A DNA stretch of 64,000 nt from a virus, in the IMG/VR virus record IMGVR_UViG_3300027712_000018; one strand, given 5' to 3'. Within the stretch, counting starts at the first letter, position 1; every line of letters begins with the position of its first letter. A model generated the notes under the pieces. The model searched no databases, had not been told where the DNA came from, and saw only the letters and a program-made list of their open reading frames with translations. This document shows, piece by piece, positions 55,694 through 64,000 of the stretch. The translations under genes were made by a program, and so were the position numbers.

Positions 55694-57006
55694 TATACTT
55701 CCTTTGCGAATGCTAGAATCTCATCAAAACTATCTGAGTCAGACATTAACTTTTCTTCCATCTTAGACTTGTTTGACGAGTTTAGTTGATTGAATAGGGA
55801 GTTAAGTGATTCGGCAGATTCTTTGGTAAGAGTGACTGTGGATCCGTCATGTAGTTTCATTGCGCCGGCTTTGAAAGCTTCGTCAAGATCGACTGATTCT
55901 TTGATCTTTGCGGAAATCGTTTTACGGCGCTTCAATAGATACTGATCTGACTTAGTGTTCTTCTTACCGTCATTGTCAATGTCACCATCTTCTCTACCAA
56001 CAGGATCAAGAGCTTCTTTCATCGCATTCTTAGTTGCAGTCGCATACATAACAGACTTCCAACGATCACCGTAACGATCCTTGAATCCCTGTGTATTCTT
56101 CTTCATGCTCTTGACGATGTTCTCACGCTTTGCAGTCTCGGCGTCAGACATAGTCTCTTCTGGAAGATTCGGTCTTTTAGATTCTAGATTGCCAATAGAA
56201 ACCTCACGTCTGACGTTTCCAGTTTTATCACCTCTATCGTCTCTAATGTCACCTTTATGAAGAATTTTCATATTAACTGTATGACCATTATCATTTTTAT
56301 ATTTTACATTATGTCCATTAACCGATTTATCTTTTGCGACATTCGGATTGCTCAAATGATCCATTGTTCCACTTTTCATGCCGCCAACACCATCTCTTGT
56401 CTGGAATTGTGGCTTATAACCTGCTTTAGTCAATGTGCGATGAAGATCACCTACAGCACTTTTGTGTTCTGAATCTGTAGTAGTGACTCTTTTGTCAGTC
56501 AATGCTTCATCAAGTTCATACGATTCTTTCATCTTATCCCAAGGAGCCTTAGGTAGAGTGACTTTCTTCTTTGGTGATTTGTCTAATTCGGCAGAAATTC
56601 TGCCAGCCTTATCACCGTATTCTCTTTCGTCATTACTTGCGACAGCCGAAATCTTACCAGCGTGTTTAGTGGCTTCTTTTACGGTTGGAATGTTCTTGAT
56701 ACCATGCTTTTCCCAATCTGGATGTCCAGACTTTGTGAAATGCTTGACATTTGGGAATGTCTTCATGGTTTCTTTTTTGGTCTTCTCAGCGTCAGTCTCT
56801 TCATAAACAGAATTGTCTTCGCCTTCTTTGTACGAAGCACCTTTGCTGTGATCTTTTTTAATCTTCTTGGCAGTAAACTGATCTTCAGCGTCAACTGGAT
56901 AGTCGATCTTCTGTACTGTATGTTTATCAATGAAGTTCTTAGTTCTGCCCGGCAGAGGATTAACATCTGACGTAGCTTCTTTGATGATATCCTTAAGTGT
57001 TTTCAT
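55693..57006 (-). CDS. prohead core or internal protein (gp68 position)
   Basis: L-x-E separated modules, LDPVGREDGDIDNDG, VMYATATK. Confidence 0.65.
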   Translation of the reverse strand: MKTLKDIIKEATSDVNPLPGRTKNFIDKHTVQKIDYPVDAEDQFTAKKIKKDHSKGASYKEGEDNSVYEETDAEKTKKETMKTFPNVKHFTKSGHPDWEKHGIKNIPTVKEATKHAGKISAVASNDEREYGDKAGRISAELDKSPKKKVTLPKAPWDKMKESYELDEALTDKRVTTTDSEHKSAVGDLHRTLTKAGYKPQFQTRDGVGGMKSGTMDHLSNPNVAKDKSVNGHNVKYKNDNGHTVNMKILHKGDIRDDRGDKTGNVRREVSIGNLESKRPNLPEETMSDAETAKRENIVKSMKKNTQGFKDRYGDRWKSVMYATATKNAMKEALDPVGREDGDIDNDGKKNTKSDQYLLKRRKTISAKIKESVDLDEAFKAGAMKLHDGSTVTLTKESAESLNSLFNQLNSSNKSKMEEKLMSDSDSFDEILAFAKEV

Positions 57007-57211
57007 CGTCGTATTCCTCTGTATCTGAGTTGTCTAAATCTTCATCAGGCTCAACGTCTTCTTCGGCGGAACCATATATACCTTGCGCTATTTGGTCTCT
57101 ACGAGATTCAAGAGCTGCCATTAACTTATCCTTGATAGCATTATTGAAAGCGCCTGCAACCGCAGTTGGCTCTTGATCAAACGATGCTTTGATGATATCT
57201 TCTACTGACAT
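56993..57211 (-). CDS. 67: prohead core protein (gp67-like)
   Basis: small acidic protein directly after the portal gene. Confidence 0.7.
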   Translation of the reverse strand: MSVEDIIKASFDQEPTAVAGAFNNAIKDKLMAALESRRDQIAQGIYGSAEEDVEPDEDLDNSDTEEYDDENT

Positions 57212-57235
57212 TTTAAATTCCTTTTCAATATTTAT

Positions 57236-58777
57236 TTATTTAACTATTTTAATGGGGGTTGCCTGTTGTGGTTCAGGTTCAGGTGGTGGCTCATTCTTTG
57301 CTTCTTCTTCGATTTCTTTATCAATTTCTTCAATGTCTTCATCTGACTGTTGAAGAATGTTCTTTCTGACCCACGTCTTAGAATAGTATTGTCCAACATA
57401 GTCGTTAATAGCTTGAAGAGTTTGCATTCTTTGACTTAGAATCTCTTGCTCTTTTAGTTCTTCAAAGTGGTTATCTTCTTGGTAGTCGTATTTGATATTG
57501 TCTTTAAGGTCTTGCCATTCTTCAATAGTCATGATATTCTTTAAGACTACTTGCTTCTCAAGAATCTCATCAAATAACATAGAGAAACGAGCACGAAGTC
57601 TACGAATGAATTTGTTGAACTTGACCTCATCACGACTGATTTCATTCGATCTGCCAAGTGAAAACCCCGTCTCAGTTTCCATACGACTGATAGGAACATT
57701 CAAGGCCTTGAACAAACTCTTTTGGAAATAAATAACGTCATCCATTTCACCTAAGTTTTGCCCGCCAGGAAGTGTGGTAATCTCAGTTCCACGTTCACCA
57801 TTTCTACGAGCCATCCAAAAGTCTTCAAGCATCGTCATGTGTTTACGGTCGTCACGTACCTCACCTGTAGTAGCATCATACACCAAACGATTCTTGTGTT
57901 TCGTCATCATCTCACGAAGATACTGTTCAGCCTTGATCTTTGGTAGATTACCAACATCCACATAAAAAATACGGCGTTCAGGCGCACGAGCCAAACGATA
58001 TATCACAGATGCATCTTCAAGCATTCTAAGTTGGTTCAAAGGCTTGATAGCCTTGTGTAGGTTCGATAATACCAATGTGTTCGTCTCATTCACAAGACCA
58101 GAGGTAATTTCAATAATAGAGTCTTTGGCAATACGAACACCTTTGGCACTATCGTTTGCAGTAAGACCACTATTCTTTGCAACAAATCCTTTATCGTTGA
58201 AGATATAGTATTCGTTCTTAGTGCGAATCAAAGTAGTATCAGCGTTTTGGTCTCTGTCCTTAACAATCTCACGAATTTTTCTAAGTTTGCGAGGATCAAT
58301 GTAACGAAGTTCTTGAATTCCGGCTTTGATATCTTTCTCATCAATAACAGCGTGAAACTTCAAACGACCGTCAACATAAAATCGTTGAAATATGTCATAA
58401 CCTCTATTAGAGAAGTCAAGTAGTTTTAATACTTCGGCAAACTCATCAACCAATCTCTTTTTGATGTTAGCGGATAGTTTAGTATTATCAAGATTGAGTT
58501 CAATTACTTTTTCGTCTTTTGAAACAACAATAGCTTCATTAACAATATCGGCAATGGCCAAAGCGACTTCAGGGTGCAATTCCATTTGACGGTATTTGGT
58601 AATGATTTCAGCTTCGTTCTTAGCTGTACCTTCAACATCAAGAAAAGTGCCATAAGCACCACCAGTAACACCAGCGGACGAAACAGTGGTAGCACCATCG
58701 TCCTCATCTTTTTCGACGAAAGATTTTAGATCCCTATCATCTTTTTTCTTGATTTCAAAACCAAATAACTGCATCAC
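57236..58777 (-). CDS. 20: portal protein (gp20)
   Basis: YRLARAPERRIFYVDVGNLP, EDFW, TEITTLPGG. Confidence 0.96.
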   Translation of the reverse strand: MMQLFGFEIKKKDDRDLKSFVEKDEDDGATTVSSAGVTGGAYGTFLDVEGTAKNEAEIITKYRQMELHPEVALAIADIVNEAIVVSKDEKVIELNLDNTKLSANIKKRLVDEFAEVLKLLDFSNRGYDIFQRFYVDGRLKFHAVIDEKDIKAGIQELRYIDPRKLRKIREIVKDRDQNADTTLIRTKNEYYIFNDKGFVAKNSGLTANDSAKGVRIAKDSIIEITSGLVNETNTLVLSNLHKAIKPLNQLRMLEDASVIYRLARAPERRIFYVDVGNLPKIKAEQYLREMMTKHKNRLVYDATTGEVRDDRKHMTMLEDFWMARRNGERGTEITTLPGGQNLGEMDDVIYFQKSLFKALNVPISRMETETGFSLGRSNEISRDEVKFNKFIRRLRARFSMLFDEILEKQVVLKNIMTIEEWQDLKDNIKYDYQEDNHFEELKEQEILSQRMQTLQAINDYVGQYYSKTWVRKNILQQSDEDIEEIDKEIEEEAKNEPPPEPEPQQATPIKIVK

Positions 58778-58838
58778 AACTCCTGAGTATTAAACAAATG
58801 GGGAAAGAAGCGAATCTCTCCCCACCATATGTTTATAT

Positions 58839-59390
58839 TTATGCGCCTGTTGGCACACTATTTGTGATACCATCTACAGTCCATAAATCATATTTCCAAG
58901 TAACAGTATAAGTTTCAATACTGTCTGTTGAGTTCCAATCCATTTGGATGTCACTCAATAGTGTTGGGAAAAGACCCTCGAACTTATACTCACGAATTGG
59001 AACACCAGTTTTAGAATACTGAGTTACAGTTGCTTGTGACTTATATTCGGCTGGTGAAGAAGTGGCAGTCAGTCTTAAATTACCTGTATGACTGTTGATC
59101 GTATTCATCCAATTTTCTATACTATTACGAATGCTAAAATCTTCGTCGTTAAACACCGAAACAGACCATTCTGAAAATGTTCTATCGCCAGCAAGTTGGA
59201 TCTTTCTGCCCATGTACGGAACTTCAAAGAATCCTAGTTGCGATGGTGGTAGAGTTGTCGCATGAACCATGAACGGGACTTTGAAATCCGCATTTGAGTT
59301 GATTGGGTTTGTGATCACTACTTGGAATAGTGTAGGCTTAGCGCCTCCACCAACTAATTGAGATTTCATCTCGTTTATATTAAAAACCAT
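58839..59390 (-). CDS. 19: tail tube protein (gp19)
   Basis: GRKIQLAGDRTF..W...NDEDF. Confidence 0.93.
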   Translation of the reverse strand: MVFNINEMKSQLVGGGAKPTLFQVVITNPINSNADFKVPFMVHATTLPPSQLGFFEVPYMGRKIQLAGDRTFSEWSVSVFNDEDFSIRNSIENWMNTINSHTGNLRLTATSSPAEYKSQATVTQYSKTGVPIREYKFEGLFPTLLSDIQMDWNSTDSIETYTVTWKYDLWTVDGITNSVPTGA

Positions 59391-59412
59391 TTATTTTCTC
59401 CTTTACTATCTA

Positions 59413-61257
59413 TTACACTTGGCCGATGATTTCATTGAATGATACGCCAGTGCCAACTGCAACAAAATTAAGTTGGATATAATTGATGGAACGTGCAGGC
59501 TTAATATAGATGTCGCCGACGAATTGATTTGAGTCGATTACTTGCGGAGTGTTGTTGGTATCGTCACACACGACTTTGAAGTCATAGATGCCACGACGAC
59601 CTTGAACGTCACGAAGGTATGGCTCGATCATGTTTCTGAACTGAGCACGGGTGAACGCATCATTGAACTCGAATAGAGTTGATCTTGATGCCATCGCAAT
59701 CGCTTTTTCAAGAACAATGAATAGACGACGAACGTTGATACGATCAAATGCACTACCATCACCGATCAAAGTTTTATCACCGAATAGAAGAGTTCCTTCT
59801 CCCGGTTGGGTGATCACTGGATTGATATCGGCTGGATATAGAACGTCACGTTGCGCTTTGTTTGGGTTGAAAGCAAGTTTGACAACGTTCTTGATCTTAC
59901 CACGATTGTATCCAGCAGGCGACCACCATGGGTCTCTGTCTTGTGCAGTACGAGCAACTAGACCAGCCATGTCACCATTTAGCGGTGTCCAACGATACAC
60001 GTCATTGTATCGGTCGTAACGATACTTGTAACCAGAATCCATTACAGCGAATGAACTTGAAGTCAAAGCGTTTCTAAAGTTCTTGATATCGTCGGTTTCA
60101 CCACCAACAGTCCACGCTTGTGGGCTTGCAACTGTAGTAGCTGATGGAGAGATGAATACCATACAGTCTTTACGAACTTCGCAGATATTGTTGATGATAT
60201 AATCGCCTAGTAGGGTTTGGTAAGAACCATCTCTTGGTTTGCCCGCAAGGATGAACGAAATGTCAACGTCTTGTGGTGACACAAACTTATCGTATGCAGA
60301 AGCCAAAACACCAAATGCGATGGCTTGTTCAGTTCCAGATGCACCGTTTGCCATTGTGGTGTAAGATACAGTATTACTGTCAGCAGTTAAAACAGTAGCA
60401 CCAGTAGCCCAAATCCATTTACTTGAAGCGTTAATAACGTTCTTGTAATAATCTGTTGTCCCATCCGTGTTTTTAGCAGTTGAGTTGACAGATGTTTGTT
60501 CATAGACCTCTAGAATAGATCCAGCAGTTCCAGTAATGCCACCATCTGCGTCCGCAACAACAATGTGAATTGTGTTAGCGTTTACCGGAGACTTTTGAAC
60601 ACTCTTGTAATATCCCCACTTACGTGTAGCAGCAGAAGTGCTTAAGTTTGCAGATAGAGTATACTTGTTACTAAAACCAACCGAAGATGAAGCGTTGCTG
60701 CTAACAACCAATTCTTGGTAGCCAATACTACTATTACCAACTACCAAGATATCGCCGACTGATAGTTTAGCGTAATCTGCAACAGATACAGCTGTGTTGC
60801 TACCTTGGTTAATTGTAACACCAGTGATAGCACCACTGAATGCGTTAGCATTAGGGCAGATTGAAACTTTAATACTGTTACCTAGAACACCTGGATATCT
60901 AGCAATCAGTGTCCCAACTGTAGTGTTGGCCAAAGCAGATGCCGCAGTAAGGAATTGACCCGCAGTGTTTCCTGTTCCGACCGCATTATTGGTTGAGGTG
61001 TTTGCTGCACGAACTACGTAAAGCTTATTTGCATAAGCCAAGAAGTCAGCCGCAGTATAGAATGTTTCGTAGTTGTTGTCAGTTGGTTTACCAAACTTAT
61101 TAACCAAGTCAGTTTCAGAATTAACCAATACTCTTTCGTTCACTGGCCCCCACGAAAAAACGCCAGCAATAGCGCCTTCTGTTGTAGGTACGGCAGGCAC
61201 AATAGTAGTTAAGTTATACTCACTTACATTAATGCCTGGACTTATTTGAATCGCCAT
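59413..61257 (-). CDS. 18: tail sheath protein (gp18)
   Basis: SPGINVSE, WWSPAGYNRG, FDRINVRRLF, YIKPARSIN. Confidence 0.95.
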   Translation of the reverse strand: MAIQISPGINVSEYNLTTIVPAVPTTEGAIAGVFSWGPVNERVLVNSETDLVNKFGKPTDNNYETFYTAADFLAYANKLYVVRAANTSTNNAVGTGNTAGQFLTAASALANTTVGTLIARYPGVLGNSIKVSICPNANAFSGAITGVTINQGSNTAVSVADYAKLSVGDILVVGNSSIGYQELVVSSNASSSVGFSNKYTLSANLSTSAATRKWGYYKSVQKSPVNANTIHIVVADADGGITGTAGSILEVYEQTSVNSTAKNTDGTTDYYKNVINASSKWIWATGATVLTADSNTVSYTTMANGASGTEQAIAFGVLASAYDKFVSPQDVDISFILAGKPRDGSYQTLLGDYIINNICEVRKDCMVFISPSATTVASPQAWTVGGETDDIKNFRNALTSSSFAVMDSGYKYRYDRYNDVYRWTPLNGDMAGLVARTAQDRDPWWSPAGYNRGKIKNVVKLAFNPNKAQRDVLYPADINPVITQPGEGTLLFGDKTLIGDGSAFDRINVRRLFIVLEKAIAMASRSTLFEFNDAFTRAQFRNMIEPYLRDVQGRRGIYDFKVVCDDTNNTPQVIDSNQFVGDIYIKPARSINYIQLNFVAVGTGVSFNEIIGQV

Positions 61258-61325
61258 GTCATATCTCCTTATGAATTGTTAAGACTTCGAATTTATCTTC
61301 TTATCATATTTATAAAATTACAAAA

Positions 61326-62927
61326 TCAAAAATTCATCCAGTTATCTTGGACGATATCAATCACGGTAGGTTCGTCATGGCCACTTTCAATAAATCCAAA
61401 TGGAAGCATATCTGAGTCGATATCATCTTCCGATTTTTCTCGAAGTCGAGCTAATGTGTTAATGTCAGTTATTTCCCTAAAATACTTCTGATCCGATAGC
61501 CAAGCAAACAGAACCAGACCCATGACCATGTCGTCATTACATCCAGATTCGGCTTCGAAACTATTACCCTTTTTAGAAAAGGTCGACAACTCATTGATGG
61601 TGTTGAAGTCGTGAAGGATCATTTGATTCTGTTCAATCAACATCTTAAGGACAGAACACCCAACAGACTTAACTGTTTTCGTTGTTCGTATTCCTATCTC
61701 TTGACCTTTACCGCCAGTAGAAATCATCTTACCAGATCTACCGTTATTTATGGTGTACAAAACGTTCTCATAATCAAAGTCGTAAAGCAACGATTCGGCT
61801 ACCTGTTGTCCGATATCGTTTATTTCCACAAGGACAGAGGCCTCGTTGTACCCCTTAGCCGTTCTATAAACAATGTCTGCATAGTCTAACGGTGTGACAT
61901 AATTGTCTCTAAATGCGGCGACCTGTTTATATGGCATAGAGGTGACATCAATCATTTGGAATGCAGAGTAGTCTAGGCCTTTACCTCTTGACACGTCAAC
62001 GATACAAGCGTATGTTCTACCCACTACAGGCGCTTCATACATTGATAGGTTGTTCTTTTGGGTTATAGGCTCTTTGATGACCAGTTCTTTTAACTTGGCA
62101 CCTGAGATAAGAGTGCCCGATGAACCTTGGAATTCACATTCAAATTCTTGAGAGAACTTTTGTAGGTCGTGATCCATGGCCTCAAGAGTTTCTTTTCTCC
62201 AATTCTCATCACGACCGGGAACTCTTTGCCAAGGAACTTCAATATACTCGTAACCGTTTGTGCCTTCTTTAGCACCCATACAAGTCTTGTAGAAGTGGTT
62301 CAAACCATTCGGCGTAGAGGTGAACAACATTCTTGTAGTGTTACCAGATGAAATAGTGGGTAGAACCGATGCAAAAAAGTCATCCCAACCTTCAACGAAT
62401 GCAGTCTCGTCAATGTATAGGAACGATACCGACCGACCACGAATGGCAGACGATGAAGTTGCAGCAGCGATTACCTTACTGCCGTTCTCAAATTCGGCAG
62501 AACCCTTATTGAATTCTATAACACCTTGCTGCAACCATTCAGGTAAAGCTTCGTATGCAATCTTGATACGATCAAGGATTTCTCGGGCCGCATCACCTTT
62601 GTTCGCCAGTAGAGCTACTGTTTTGTGTTCGTTGAATAGGACGTAGTGTAGGATGATGGCGACAGCAGTGGTCGTCTTACCCGCCTGTCTTGAAGTGTTG
62701 ACAGTGACTCGGCGACTCTTGTTAATCGCTTCCATGATTTCTTTTTGATAATCATAAAGTATAATAGGAATCAAACCACGGTCAACGTGAACGATCTGAA
62801 TGTATTTTTCAGCGAAGTAGATAGGGTCTTGAGCACATTTAATATACTCTTGAAGTCTTTCCTGCGTCCATTCAATTTGAAGGCCTTTAGATTTTAACTT
62901 CCTATTACCACGATATCCGTCATTCAT
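61326..62927 (-). CDS. 17: terminase large subunit (gp17)
   Basis: SRQAGKTT, YIDE, STPNG, DVSRG, DDMVM. Confidence 0.96.
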   Translation of the reverse strand: MNDGYRGNRKLKSKGLQIEWTQERLQEYIKCAQDPIYFAEKYIQIVHVDRGLIPIILYDYQKEIMEAINKSRRVTVNTSRQAGKTTTAVAIILHYVLFNEHKTVALLANKGDAAREILDRIKIAYEALPEWLQQGVIEFNKGSAEFENGSKVIAAATSSSAIRGRSVSFLYIDETAFVEGWDDFFASVLPTISSGNTTRMLFTSTPNGLNHFYKTCMGAKEGTNGYEYIEVPWQRVPGRDENWRKETLEAMDHDLQKFSQEFECEFQGSSGTLISGAKLKELVIKEPITQKNNLSMYEAPVVGRTYACIVDVSRGKGLDYSAFQMIDVTSMPYKQVAAFRDNYVTPLDYADIVYRTAKGYNEASVLVEINDIGQQVAESLLYDFDYENVLYTINNGRSGKMISTGGKGQEIGIRTTKTVKSVGCSVLKMLIEQNQMILHDFNTINELSTFSKKGNSFEAESGCNDDMVMGLVLFAWLSDQKYFREITDINTLARLREKSEDDIDSDMLPFGFIESGHDEPTVIDIVQDNWMNF

Positions 62928-63330
62928 TTCTTAGTTCCTTTAGAACCTTCTGTAGATCAGCAGTCGATCCCACGAATAGGTTGTTGGTAACTTTGCTATC
63001 GGGTTGTTTTGGAGTGTCCATCTCTTTTTGCTTTCGAGACAGTTCAACAAGATCCTTGTTGGCATCAATCAGAGTCTTCATTGTCGCCGCCAACACTTCA
63101 TAAGCCCTAGGGTGTTGTGACTGAGTGGCAACGTCTAGAAGGTCTTCCAAAGCCCGTGTTCCATTTTCAATAATTGATATGAAGTTCTCACGGGCATATT
63201 TATAGTCTCTATCGACATTAGAAGTTTCTTGTACTATCTCTTGTTTTTTAGGTTTTGATTCGATTATCTCAGCGTCAACAACATCTCTAAGTGGTGCTAA
63301 CCCCAAATGTTTAGCAATATCATCGTTCAT
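62920..63330 (-). CDS. 16: terminase small subunit (gp16)
   Basis: DYKYAR, HPRAYEV, NNLFVGSTADLQ. Confidence 0.92.
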   Translation of the reverse strand: MNDDIAKHLGLAPLRDVVDAEIIESKPKKQEIVQETSNVDRDYKYARENFISIIENGTRALEDLLDVATQSQHPRAYEVLAATMKTLIDANKDLVELSRKQKEMDTPKQPDSKVTNNLFVGSTADLQKVLKELRNE

Positions 63331-64000
63331 TATGCAGGGTAATCCTTTATTTGAGTAATATAAGCCCAATCATCATCAAAATTAATATTGGTATATGCCA
63401 CAGTTTGATTTATATTTTGAGTCGGAGTATTGTTAGATGTAAGTCCCGGTTGAACTGTGACGTATTCCGCAACCGTATTTGATGTAATATCCGAATACAA
63501 ATTCGCTTTCACAAACTTGATCACTTTCTTCTGAGTCACGGGGCCAAAGAAATAACCCTTCATCGTGAAGGTGAGTGTCCAGATCAGAGCTCTTCTCTGT
63601 TCAAAGTTGCCTTCGTATGAATCTTCAAACGTCACACTGTCGAGGACGATAGGAATGTCTAAATGGATATCTATGTCGTCTATTAACTTCACCGTAGGAG
63701 TGAAGTCTGGTTTGAAATAGGGTAGAATCTGTTCGATAATCTTAGTTCCGTCTTCTTTAAACTTCGTCATAATGTTTAATTGGAATGTCAGATTGTATGG
63801 CGCAGGCGTATATTGTGAATTAAATGAACCATCATTTGTGCTGATTGCCTTGGAATGTCTGCCCATAGGTGTCAGATTACGTTCAGCGTCATATGACATA
63901 CCCGTCAGTTCAAAAGACATACGAGGAAGAGTGATCTGAGGTGCAGTCAAACTAGGATCTTGTTCTAGACGAGCAAGAAACTTCTGCATTGGTCCGTAGT
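63330..64000 (-). CDS. 15: tail sheath stabilizer (gp15), 5' end outside the window
   Basis: LPRMSFE, EQILPYF.P, IWTLTFT.KG..FGP. Confidence 0.92.
   Translation of the reverse strand, partial: YGPMQKFLARLEQDPSLTAPQITLPRMSFELTGMSYDAERNLTPMGRHSKAISTNDGSFNSQYTPAPYNLTFQLNIMTKFKEDGTKIIEQILPYFKPDFTPTVKLIDDIDIHLDIPIVLDSVTFEDSYEGNFEQRRALIWTLTFTMKGYFFGPVTQKKVIKFVKANLYSDITSNTVAEYVTVQPGLTSNNTPTQNINQTVAYTNINFDDDWAYITQIKDYPA

Noticed and set aside
153-62646. Many plus-strand and alternate-frame ORFs in the track
   Set aside because: They are shadows of well-supported minus-strand genes or tRNAs and show no recognisable motifs.
4960-64000. Genome-wide TAG recoding (genetic code 15)
   Set aside because: Core genes are full length in the standard code, and regA and hsp20 end at TAG at their expected lengths.

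Overview
This is a 64 kb piece of a T4-like myovirus genome with almost everything on the minus strand. The host is probably an alphaproteobacterium: tRNA-His has A73 and no encoded G-1, and the phage carries an alphaproteobacterial-type PqqA, a DUF1127 protein and a ROSE-like hsp20 leader. The right part (about 35-64 kb) is the T4 core: gp15-23, gp3, UvsY/UvsW, gp55, gp47/46, gp45/44/62, RegA, Hsp20, gp43, UvsX and gp41. The middle (17-35 kb) holds NrdAB, ThyX, primase, spanins, a GH19 endolysin and probable internal head proteins. The left part (3.9-15.3 kb) is a 'translation island' of 32 tRNA genes I read by hand, covering all 20 amino acids plus an amber CUA tRNA. The island also contains several elements missing from the ORF track: (1) a leader-peptide attenuator whose 28 codons sample 18 amino acids, placed upstream of the tRNA array; (2) an amber-containing uORF (MSDNS-TAG-ITGPP-TAA) with an RBS-hiding hairpin, just downstream of the amber suppressor tRNA; (3) a TROVE/Ro-like vWA protein with four Y-RNA-like RNAs, one with a permuted tRNA fold; (4) a PqqA precursor peptide; (5) two ORFs whose stop codons lie inside tRNA genes; (6) rrn-like boxA leaders and several orphan structured RNAs. 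All calls come from motif recognition by eye; no searches were run.
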